From positions 11,098,001 to 11,162,000 of the forward strand of contig NC_043016.1 in the NCBI RefSeq assembly GCF_006345805.1: a stretch of 64,000 bases of DNA, given 5' to 3'. Positions 1-10,369 of the stretch are shown piece by piece. Under the pieces are notes generated by a model, which was not told where the DNA came from, made no database searches, and saw only the letters and a program-made list of their open reading frames with translations. This stretch comes from Octopus sinensis (taxonomy: Eukaryota). How positions within the stretch are numbered: the stretch's first letter is position 1; the number at the start of each line of letters is the position of its first letter. The position numbers and the translations under genes are program-made.

Positions 1-100
1 GCTTCAAAAATAAGTCTACAGATCGATTTGGTTGACTAAAATCTCTTCAGGGTAGTGCTGCAGCATGGCCACAGTCAAATAACTGAAACCAGTAAAAGAA
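1..100 (+). mobile_element. 3' tail of tRNA-derived SINE family A (OK-like octopod SINE)
   Basis: GATCGATTTGGTTGACTAAA...GCAGCATGGCCACAGTCAAATAACTGAAACCAGTAAAAGA matches the tail of full copies at 35753, 51919 and 53722. Confidence 0.7.
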
Positions 101-281
101 AAAAAAAGGAAAGAATATACACCGGAAGACCATGGAAACATTCAGGATTGAACTCAATGACTGAAAATATTACCCGAGATGGAGAACGGTGGGATTGAAC
201 CAGCAAACATAGTCACTGAAACAAACTTCTCCAGTGCACAGCCTACACCTGAAGCTATATATCGTATGTCACGATAGACAA

Positions 282-503
282 AGGGTGGCAAGCTGGCAGA
301 AACATTAGCACGCCGGGCGAAATGCTTAGGGGTGTGTCGTCTGCCGTTACGTTCTGAGTTCAAATTCCATCAAGGTTGACTTTACCTTTCATCCTTTCAT
401 CATACCAGTTATGCTGTGGGGTTGTGTAATCGACTTAATCCCTTTGTCTGTCCTTGTTTGTTCCTTCTATGTTTATCCCCACCGTGGGCAATAAAGATAT
501 GAA
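282..503 (+). mobile_element. SINE family B (OR-like) with 17-bp TSD
   Basis: Head GGTGGCAAGCTGGCAGAAAC, B-box-like GAGTTCAAATTCC; TSD TATGTCACGATAGACAA at 265-281 and 504-520. Confidence 0.85.
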
Positions 504-1084
504 TATGTCACGATAGACAAGAATCTTGCGAAGATTTGATGACAGCTATCTTGCATTTATTAAGTACCATAGAAAGAAAATGCGAACGTTGGTACTTAAA
601 TTTCTCTCGAGTAAGAAGATGTAAGAAAGGAATTGTTGAACCGATTTAGTTTATGAAAGGGGGATTAAAAGAACAAGGTAGAAACAAAAGAATATAAAAA
701 TTACTTTTTTTTTGTCATAGAATCCAAATGTGACCATTTTGCTCAGGAAAACAAAAAGACTTAAAAAGAAAAGGAAAAGAAAAGAAACGTGTTTTTAAAC
801 CACAAAAGCTCCTTAATTCTTTTATTATTCTTTTCATGATGTAAAACTAATTGTCTTCAGTTAAATTCTTGAACATAATTCTTCGAAACTGATAACCAAA
901 ATGAGAACCCTACAATTGTATCTTAAAATAGAAAAGAACGGGATTTTCTTTTCGGGGGAGTGGAACGTTTTCTCATTAATCTTCTTCGTCGTGGAGCCGT
1001 GAAGAATTTTGGTATTATTACATGCCATATAAAACTTCCACTCCCTACAATTGCTCCAAGTACTGCTACAATTAACCACATAAT

Positions 1085-2345
1085 GTGAAGTGACGGTTAC
1101 TTGATGCTCCTTAAGTTGTAATAGTTTTTATAAACTTTTCAGCATTCTAAAGCCCTGTTGTTTTCACTTTTATTCTTACCACCGTATTCTGGACATTGTC
1201 CGGACTGTGCCGAAAGTATTTTGTTTAGAAACACCCTTTGTTTTGCAGGAGGTGTGCATAAAAGAATATTGATTTTCAACAACTTGCGAAAAAAGCAAAT
1301 ATTTTGCCACTTTCCTTATTTATTTAAAGATGGCTGTTAAAGAAGTCCTCATAATGTTCTACAACGACGCGTTCTTTGTCGGAGAAAAGACAGCATAAAA
1401 ACGTAGCAGGGAAATACACTTGGTGACGTCACCGAGGCGAAAACAGTTTGGTCTTTAAGCAGCGTCCAAGTGATTCGGTGATTATGACGACGACAATGAC
1501 AACGGCAGCGGCCACACTAAGCAGCAGTGACCAATAACAACAACAGCAAAAACAACCATATCAACAACGACAACAACAATGATACAACCACCTGCGCTGC
1601 AGTGAAGTTTTCCTTTGCGATTACTGCGAGAAATTTGGGAGATTTCCGATGAAGAAGATCTGAAAATGGCCAGGAAAAATTGTTGAAAGGAATGGGAGAA
1701 AAGTAGCCCTAAACCCTCCATCTGATGTGAACGAGAATCTTATGATGTATGAGCATATACCGCTGCACCGGAGTTAAATTACGCCGGGTTGAAAATGCTT
1801 CTGAAAATGCTTCCGGAGCCAAATACAAAAATGTGTTGGTGCGTGTTTGAACTGTTGGAACAGAAGATCCACATCACTCGATAAAAGAAATTTGAAACTA
1901 TTGAGGTGAGATTTAAGACCGAAGAAGAAGTCAGGTGTCATTCCGCGACCACTTTGAGGAATTTTCATTCTTCTTAATCCCCAGCTATTGTGGTCAACGC
2001 CTTGCTAAGATTAGGATGTTGAACATGCCACCGGAAATATCCATCACTTGGTTAGTGGCGGCCGTTGTGGCAGGCTTAGAAGACGATGTGACAATGTTGG
2101 AGGTCAAGAAAATAACTAAACAAAACCGGTCAAGAATAAATATGGAGCTGACCTTTTAATGTCAATAAGCTTATATCGACCAGCCGCCCGATCTAAACGA
2201 TCTCCAGGTTAGTACTTCATTTGTCAGTAGAGGGTAGAAAACCAAGATGTCACGTATGTGGGTTTGTGACTCGCTTAAAGGCTTTCTGCCCTGAAACTAG
2301 AAAACACTGAACTCCACTGTTGTCAACACTACAAACATCACAAAC
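1085..2345 (+). mobile_element. 5' part of Tx1/L1-like LINE (5' region plus decayed ORF1)
   Basis: Colinear with 23470-24610; ATG at 1330 (MAVKEVLIMF); gag-type knuckle remnant VEGRKPR-CHVCGFVTRLKAFC at ~2227-2290. Confidence 0.75.
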
Positions 2346-2349
2346 GCAA

Positions 2350-2490
2350 AACCGACTTTGCCTTTCATCCTTTCGAAACCGATAAATTAAGTACCAGTGG
2401 AACACTAGGGTCGTTGTAATCGACTAGCCCACTCTCCCAAAATTTCAAACCTTGTGCCTACAGCAGAAAGGATTATTGTTGTTGTTGTTA

Positions 2491-2532
<42 letters not shown>
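2350..2532 (+). mobile_element. SINE family B 3' half followed by (GTT/ATT)n
   Basis: CGACTTTGCCTTTCATCCTTTCG...GATAAATTAAGTACCAGT...CTTGTGCCTACAGCAGAAAGGATTATT. Confidence 0.7.
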
Positions 2533-2533
<1 letters not shown>

Positions 2534-2664
2534 TAAAGTCGGTGAGCAGTTGATGTCGAAGTTGATAATCTAAGTACCAGTGAAACACTGGTGTCGATGT
2601 TATTCTCTCCACCAAATTTCAGGCCTTGTGCCTTCATTTGATAGAACTTTTTTTTTTATCATTG

Positions 2665-2748
2665 CATTATAGGTAACCCTCCCCTCCACACTTTATGTCT
2701 GTCTTTTTATTGTCCCCCTCATCCTTCGCCCTGGTGGCAAATAAAAGG
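2665..2748 (+). mobile_element. Isolated 3' end of the Tx1-like LINE
   Basis: Matches 28175-28250 (GTAACCC...CCACAC...TTGTCCC...TCCTTCGCCCTGGTGG...A-rich end). Confidence 0.65.
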
Positions 2749-2960
2749 TTTCTTTTAAATGCATTCAATGTTTCTCACCTTCAAAGATTTGGCTACTATT
2801 TCTAGCACGCCATGTCACCACGTAACAGCTATTTGCGATAAAGAACCCGAAATACCTGGTACGTGGTAGTAGGACGTGCAAGAAATAGTGGCCAAATCTT
2901 TCCTTTTATGGCGAAAGGAGCGGCTTATGCGAGATTTCAGAGTCACATTCGTCCGTTGAC

Positions 2961-3025
2961 GCCCGCGTTTGCCCGCCTTCGCCCGCCTTCGCCCGCCTTC
3001 GCCCGCCTTCGCCCGCCTTCGCCCG
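2961..3025. repeat. GC-rich decamer tandem (GCCCGCCTTC)x5 with flanking partial units
   Basis: Read directly: five exact units at 2971-3020. Confidence 0.95.
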
Positions 3026-3175
3026 AAGCATGCGAAATAATATGGAAAAGAAGAAAAAAAAAGAAAACAGCACGGAAAAAACTCCGTTACTGAGAAACTC
3101 AATCTTCCCTGCTGATCCAACGGGTCACGAGCAGTGTAGTTATTATTATTATTATTGTTGTTGTTGTTGTTGTTG

Positions 3176-4046
3176 AAAGTGGATGGCTTAGGGCAAATAA
3201 GAATGGCTAGAAAAACCGATGCATGGCCGATACCCATGTAGAGTGAACAAACCAGACGTAGAGAAACGAGACACTCATGTATGGACGAAGAGCTCAGAAC
3301 TGAAGGCTGAAACCGAAGGTTTTATCATAGCAGCGCAAGATCAAAGCTTGGCAACCAGGGCTTACCACAACAAGATAATGAACGATGGCACTGACCCGAA
3401 ATGCAGAATGTGCCGTAAGCAGGATGAAACAGTGAACCACATCTTAACTGGATGCACAGCACTTGCAAAAACCGAATATATTCATAGACACGATAGAGTA
3501 GCGCAATATTGCTATCTCCATTGGAATATATGTAAACACTACCAGCTTCCAACTTCAGAAAGATGGTACCAGCATAAACCTGAAACTGTGACCGGAAAAG
3601 ATGATGTAACGGTACTCTGGGACATGCCAATCAACACCGATAAAGAGATCAAGGCAAACATGCCGGACATAATCATCAAAGATAGGAAGAACAAGAAATG
3701 CTTAATGATAGATGTGAGAGCACCATCAGAGAGAAATGTGTCCATTGAAGAAGTTGAGAAGTTATTTAAGTACAAAGACCTAGAAATAGAAGTGACCAAG
3801 ATGTGGGGAGTGAAAAGCAGCACAGCACCAGTGATGATTGGAGCGTGAGTGCTAATTAAAAAGGGCCTTGATAAGCAGCCCAACAAACTCCCTTGCAGTG
3901 TTAACGTGGGAGAGCTTTCAGAAAATAGTGTTGCAAGTTTCCGCACACTTTTTACGCCGTGTACTCTCCATGAGATGAGGACCTGCTGTGACCCTAAGGT
4001 CAAGGGATGACCCCGGTTTAGCAGAAAACAACGGGCCATATTTTAA
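3176..4046 (+). mobile_element. 5'-truncated Dong/R4-like non-LTR element (CCHC finger plus restriction-like endonuclease)
   Basis: ORF 3219-3848: LKAETEGFIIAAQDQ, CRMC..ETVNHILTGC, HRHDRV, PDIIIKD..CLMIDV..P; flanked by (TTA/GTT)n and (AAT/GAT)n. Confidence 0.9.
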
Positions 4047-4156
4047 AATAATAATAATAATAATGATAATAATAACGACGACAATGATGATGATGATGAT
4101 GATAATAATAATAATGATAATAATAATGATAATAATAATAATGATAATAATAATAA
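4047..4156. repeat. (AAT)n/(GAT)n compound microsatellite
   Basis: Read directly. Confidence 0.95.
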
Positions 4157-6739
4157 TTTTTAAAGGGATTGACTAACTCTTCACAAAGGTAAACAGTCAA
4201 GACGAAGAGCACAATTCGATTCAAAGATATTTTATTAGTTGAATGATATTTCAGCAGTACGTCTGTCTTTGTCAAGTCCAAAATAAGAAGTGATAAAAAT
4301 TCAAAATTACAGAAATTTAAATGTAAAGTATGAACGAGAGCAACCAGCGTCCACACGTTGATGGAATGACATCATCAGTTTTTAAGTTACAGTTTTATAA
4401 CAGGCGAAAAGAAAAAGATAGAAAAAAAAGAAAAAAAGAAGACGACAAGAAAAAAAGAAAAGAAAAGAGAGAAAGAAGAATATTTAATCAAACAGTTTTG
4501 TATAAATTTGATGATATTCTCCTGTAATTTTATTTATTCCTCCAGTGCGTGATGTTAATAACCCACAAACATATTTCTCCTCTTGCATTTTGAGTATGGA
4601 AAGTGAAGCAGATTCAGAATATTTTCTGAGAATATGCACTTTCAAGTCTTCTTCAAAATTGCAGCCGCTTGAAACGAAATGCTCGGCAAGTTCTGTCGAA
4701 CTACTGTTATTGTGCCTGACGTCATATCTGTAGCTATTAAACCTTTTGTTTAATTGTTCCGTTGTACAACCAACATAAATTAAGTTGTGTTTTGTGCATT
4801 GTGCAGCGTACACCAAATGGGAATCTCTACATGTCCCACCTTCTGTATAAATCATAACATTTCTGTTATGGTTTCTGATGGAATTCACTTCACTCATATG
4901 TTGTTGCACAATGAACAGGGCTTATCTCTCTTGCGGCTGCTTTTTCAAAATACAGCGTACAGATACTCCAATGTTCGTTTTCTTGGAGTCAGAAATAGAG
5001 GTCAATAATTCTCTTATATTCTTATTCCGTCTAAGGGCTACAATAGGCGGCTGACGAAATATCTGTTTGAAACGAGGATATTTCTTCAACACATGCTGGT
5101 AACTTTCATGTAACACTTTCGAAATGCCAGCGAAATGTCGGTGCCAGTTAATCACTAAAGGAATTCTGTCATCTATTGTATTGTGTTTGCTAAAATTATG
5201 CGTGATGGTTTGACTATCTTTGCTAATCTTAGCTATTTCATTTGCTATTTCCTTTAATCGGGATTCACTGTAACCGCGTTTGACATAATGACGTACAAAT
5301 GCATTTGAGTGTTTCCAGTAATCCCCTATGAAGTACAAATCCGTTTTATCCTCAAGAATCGGGATTTCGGATTTGACCGAATAAGATTATGTGGATGATC
5401 GGAGCGGCGATGAAGATAAATGTGGGATGATGTGGGCTTGTAAAATAATCCTGTCACTATTCTGCCTCCAGAAAACTTGACTTTTGTGTCCAAAAATTCA
5501 ACGCTAGTTTTTGAGAAAAAACTAGACGTAAATTTTATGTTTGACTTAAGCCATAGTTTCTAGCATAACAGTCACAGAAATGCAAGAAGTCCATTAAACT
5601 ATCCTGAGATCCTTCCCAGACAAAAAATACGTCGTCAATGAACCGTAACCAGAGTATTGGTTCATGACCATGAAGGAATTTGAATGTCTTCAGTAACTGT
5701 GTCTCGAATTTCATCTTGAAGATATTAACGAAATTAACTGCCATAGGGGCTACCCATGGTGCAACCCTTCGTCTGGTGGTAAAATCTTTGTCTAGACTTC
5801 ATTGTGTTACTTTCTAACACAAACCTCAATAAACTACAGAGAAAATTTGATGGAATACTTTTGTTTTACCGCTTTTCGAAGGCATCCATGCATGCTTCTA
5901 CCCCTTCATTATGGTCAATATTGGGATATAAGGAAGAAACATCCATGTTTACCAAAAAACAGTTCTCGATACGGCTTCAGTGCTTAAAAAAAGTTGTTGA
6001 TTTTAGATATAAAATCAAAGGTATCCCGAATATAGGAACTTGATCGTTTTGCGACGGGGAGTAGAAAGCCATCCAGCCATTTCGAAATTTTGGCCGTGCA
6101 TCTTTCATATTCGCTGCAAATTGGGTGCATTGGAGGAAATCTTTCTAACGTTTTGTGTATTTTAAGGAGACCATAAAATACCGATGTTCTTCTTTCTGAC
6201 CATAAAGTTCTGAATTCGGCCTCATTAACGAAATTGTTTTCCTCCATTTCCAGAATTATTTTGTCAAGTTCTCTGTAATTGGGGATTTGAATCGAAGTTT
6301 TGTCACTTAAACTTCTTCACAAGCCGAAATATACTCACTGTTATCCATAATTACGACAGTGTCTCCCTTATCTGCCATCTTAATAACAATAGAATCGTTA
6401 TTAGCTAGACGTCGGGAATTTGCGAGATTATTCTAGGACTTCATTCCATTTGTTTTAAGGCTTTCTCTAATGCCTGCCTGGCAAGATTCAAGAAATTCCA
6501 GAAGTGCTTGTGAACGTCCATCCCGAACTTTATCTGGATACCATTTGGGATTCTTTTCGATCTAATTATGCCGGATTCGATCATCATCATTTTTATTTTT
6601 GTAAACATAGAGTTTTCTGACTCCTCGTTACCATTTTTTTCAAAAATATATTTTTTCAGCTTGTGACGGCGGACAAACTGAAATAGCCCTTGAGCTAGTT
6701 TATTCTTGCCGAAATTCTTAGTGCTTGGGCAAAAACTCA

Positions 6740-7101
6740 GGATCTTTTCGGTTTGAACAGCAGTTTTTTCTATTGGTGTCATATGAAATTATCACCCATA
6801 ATTATGACCCTAGTATCGATCTATTGTATTTCAAACTGTTTTAGGATTTGGGTTAGGGGTGGGGTGGGGGTGGGGGTATCTTTTTTTTTCTTCAGAAATG
6901 TAAATAAACCCAATCTGTTTCTTAAACGAGGGACATATTCATACGGCACAGAATGTTTTCACCTTCAATAGACGTCATTGATTGGTTGAAATTGCAGAAA
7001 TTGAAGAAAAAAACAACAAATATCTTACAAACTATAGAATTTTCTCAATAAAGCCACGTGGAAATTATTTTAAAAAACTGCCGTTCAAACCGAAAAGATC
7101 C
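6740..7101. mobile_element. MITE with ~30-bp TIRs and 8-bp TSD, inserted in the PLE ORF
   Basis: TIR GGATCTTTTCGGTTTGAAC(A/G)GCAGTTTTTT at both ends; TSD AAAACTCA at 6732-6739 and 7102-7109. Confidence 0.9.
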
Positions 7102-7419
7102 AAAACTCAATCCAAGCTCTAAAACTGAGATACCATTAGGCGAAAGTTTTAGTTTACATAAATTTATGACCGACTTATTATCTAGTGTGATGGTTTTTCT
7201 CGGGCAAGTGGTTTTCAGAATCTTTTTCTCATTAGATTCCTGACTACTTTTTGCTCGAAATCTTCACTTAAAACACGGAACCTATTGGGTGATAAAATTT
7301 GTTCTGAATGTTCATATGAGAAGTTGCAATTTTTAGTCGTCTTTCTAGGGGTAATCCATTTCTGGGTGGATGATAGAAAGTGAGTGACTTCTGTGGTTTT
7401 TGTAGACATTTGAAAAACC

Positions 7420-7650
7420 TTTACTTTCGGGAAAGGAACAAATTTATTATTTTCGAAGCAAAATCTCGCATTTTTGACTAATCAAATAGAAACTTCTCTG
7501 GAGCCTTTCCAATGACCAGTTCAAATGCATACGCCAGGGCAAAAGGGCCACAATCATATGCGCCAACTTGGGGATTAATTATATGAACTTGTTGAATTGC
7601 AGGAATAATGTTTGTTTGTGGTGAATACAACGTTGTTATTTGTGTCATTA
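7420..7650 (-). pseudogene. C-terminal half of a Ulp1/C48-like cysteine protease domain
   Basis: QVHIINPQVGAYDCGPFALAYAFELVIGKAPEKFLFD*SKMR..CFENNKFVPFP; Q-x4-DCG spacing of the catalytic Cys motif; the His/Asp part is not present. Confidence 0.75.
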
Positions 7651-7741
7651 GTTACTGCGGAATTTATTGTTTTCTAGGCAAAATCTTAAATGTGCTCGCA
7701 TTTTTGACTGATCAAATAGAAACTTCTCTGAAAGTTCTTGA

Positions 7742-7865
7742 GAAAGATCAGGTTAGACAAGAGAACAGGTCGATAAAAGTATGCGGAGTTTTAGAGACTG
7801 GCTATGCTATCCGCTCTTACCGGAGAGGGCCTAGAGACGACAGCACGACTGGCCTTCGTAAACAG
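7742..7865 (+). mobile_element. Detached Gypsy gag fragment
   Basis: Near-identical to 10518-10637 (GATCAGGT..GACAAGAGAACAGG...GAGACGACAGCACGACTGGC). Confidence 0.8.
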
Positions 7866-7904
7866 CTTTGTGTAATTATAAATAAATAAATTAATTAATT
7901 AATG

Positions 7905-7922
7905 ATAATAATAATGATGATG

Positions 7923-7993
<71 letters not shown>

Positions 7994-8115
7994 CCTTTCT
8001 GCTGTAGGCACAATGCCTGAAATTTTAGGGGAGTGGACCATTCGATTACAACGACCCCAGTGTTCCACTGGGACTTAATTTATCGGCCTCGAAAAGATGA
8101 AAGACAAAGTCGATT
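7905..8115 (-). mobile_element. (AAT)n plus SINE family B 3' half; inverted counterpart of 2350-2532
   Basis: Reverse-complement match to 2350-2532. Confidence 0.75.
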
Positions 8116-9555
8116 TTGCGTTTGTGATGTTAGCAAGGCCTTGACCACAATAGCTGGGGATTAAGAAGAATGAAAATTCCTCAAAGTGGTCGCAGAATGA
8201 CACCTAACTCCTTCTTTGGTCTTAAATCTCAATAGTTTCAAATTTCTTTCATCTGGTGATGTGGATCTTCTGTTCCAACAGTTCAAACACGCACCAACAC
8301 ATTTTTGTATTTGGCTCTGAGAAGCATTTTCAACCCGGCGTATTTTAACTCCGGTGCAGCGGTATAAGCTCATACATCATAGGATTCTCGTTTACATCAG
8401 ATGGAGGGTTTAGAGCTACTCCTTTCCCATTCCTTTTAACAATTTTCCTGGCCATTTTCAGATCTTCTTCATTGGAAATCTTCCAAATTTCTTGTAGCAA
8501 TCGCAAAAGAAACTGTAGCGGCACAAGCAGCCAGCGCCATATTGGATGAGATCTCGTGGCAGCCATTGCCATCTCCGAAACTGGAGTGAGACCTCACCTG
8601 CATCCATTTGCCATGCGCGGGATCACAACCAGGCTCTCGATGGAAACTATATAAAGGGAAAACCCTATTTAGATGTCTCTCTTTTTGGCGCCACCTCACA
8701 GCGGCACTGGCTAAACACCACCACTGGCTGTGGCTTTCTGCCTGTCTATCTCCAGCGGCAATGCGCCCGCACAAACGGAGATACTACACAACGCACACAG
8801 CTAAATATGGTTGCTGAGAGCAGCACACTTCACCTATCCTGTGAATCCTGTAAATAAACCAGTTGTAAATAGCATTTGTACTTGCAGTTTTCTCTCTTCG
8901 CCTGCCGGCAGCTTGAACTATGTATGCTACACGAAGAACAAAAAAATGATGGAAGGAGACGATGTTCTTCCGATTCGTAAACCTTGGCTTCCATTATTAA
9001 AAAAACGCAGGTGTTTGTGGTGGCGGTGACCGTGATGATATTCGCGTTTTAAATTTTCCCTTTGTCTGTATCGTCGTCGTTGTTGTTGTTGATATGGTTG
9101 CTGTTGCTGTTGTTGTTATTGGTCACTGCTGCTTAGTGTGGCCGCTGCCGTTGTCATTGTCGTCGTCATAATCACCGAATCACTTGGACGCTGCTTAAAG
9201 ACCAAACTGTTTTCGCCTCGGTGACGTCACCAAGTGTATTTCCCTGCTACGTTTTTATGCTGTCTTTTCTCCGACAAAGAACGCGCCGTTGTAGAACATT
9301 ATGAGGACTCCTTTATCAGCCATCTTTAAATAAATAAGGAAAGTGGCAAAATATTTGCTTTTTTCGCAAGTTGTTGAAAATCAATATTCTTTTATGCACA
9401 CCTCCTGCAAAACAAAGGGTGTTTCTAAACAAAATACTTTCGGCACAGTCCGGACAATGTCCAGAATACGGTGGTAAGAATAAAAGTGAAAACAACAGGG
9501 CTTTAGAATGCCGAAAAGTTTAAAGAGGGTCAAGTAACGGTCACTTCACATAATG
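8116..9555 (-). mobile_element. Inverted 5' part of the Tx1-like LINE, interrupted at 8514-~9005
   Basis: 8128-8513 is the reverse complement of ~1604-2030; 9068-9555 is a high-identity reverse complement of ~1080-1585. Confidence 0.8.
8514..8931 (+). mobile_element. LTR (418 bp)
   Basis: TGTAGC...GCTACA inverted termini; TATATAAA at 8648; AATAAA at 8853; no clean TSD. Confidence 0.7.
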
Positions 9556-10369
9556 TTGTCAAATCTAGCTGTAGTAGCAATTTTATCGATACTACTTGGA
9601 ATTATAATATGGAAAGTATTAATACCAGCATTTTACTTCAAGTTCATATATCGAGAAACTAAAATAAGAAGATTTCGCGTTTCTCTTTAATGTAAGGTTA
9701 CAACTGTTGGGTTCTTATCTCGGTTATCTGTTTGAAAGAATTATGTTCAAGAATTTAACAGAAGACAATTAGCTTTACATCATGAAAAGAATAATAAAAG
9801 AATTAAGGAGCTTTTGTGGTTTAAACAACACATTATTTATTTTTTTTTAGTCTTTTTGTTTTCTGAGCAAAATGGTTACATTTGGATTCTATGTTCAGTG
9901 TAGCAATATCGTTCTCTCATTGCTATCCTCACTGTTTGAGAAGAGTATTAAGAATACTCTCGTTCGAGATTACAAACATCTTTGGCTAGTTCAACATTGT
10001 TGTAAACACTAATTCGATTGGCTGACACGTGGTCTCTACTACGTTCGCACCGCTGGTTATCACGTGACGCGATTTGCCTCCGCTTATTTTCGTGCCATAG
10101 TTCCAAGCAGCCAATCACAGCTTCCCATTTCTGAAGTTCATTGGGAGCCACATAAACCTTATAAAACAAGGGTTCACATTTGGATTCTATGTTCAGCATG
10201 TGAAGACAAAAGAAAAAAAAAAAAGAAAGATGAGAAGTAACTTTTATATTCTTTTGTTTCTACCTTGTTCTCTTAATCCCCCTTTCATAAGCTAAATCGG
10301 TTCAACAATTCCTTTCTTACATCATCTTACTCGAGAGAAATTTAAGTACCAACGCTCGCATTTTTTTTC

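Larger units (their letters stand above)
4484..7735 (-). mobile_element. Decayed Penelope-like element: Ulp1-like remnant, PLE N-terminus, RT, GIY-YIG endonuclease
   Basis: Minus strand in order: QVGAYDCGPFALAYA; VINLCKLKLSPNGISVLELGLSF|CPS; IVIKMADKGDTVVIMD; FYGLLKIHK..PPMHPI; SYIRDT; MDVSSLYPNI; QTKGCTMGSPMA; WLRFIDD; RGYS; PPIVALRRNKNIRELL; PCSLC; LVYAAQC..IYVG..RF. Confidence 0.92.

Noticed and set aside
4330-4400. Hammerhead at the PLE 3' end (CTGATGA on minus at 4378-4372)
   Set aside because: No helix II plus GAAA follows.
4484-6800. Selenocysteine recoding as reported for some Naiad PLEs
   Set aside because: I found no in-frame TGA at a conserved Cys position; the TGA after CSLCNNI lies in a frameshifted stretch; no SECIS was identified by eye.
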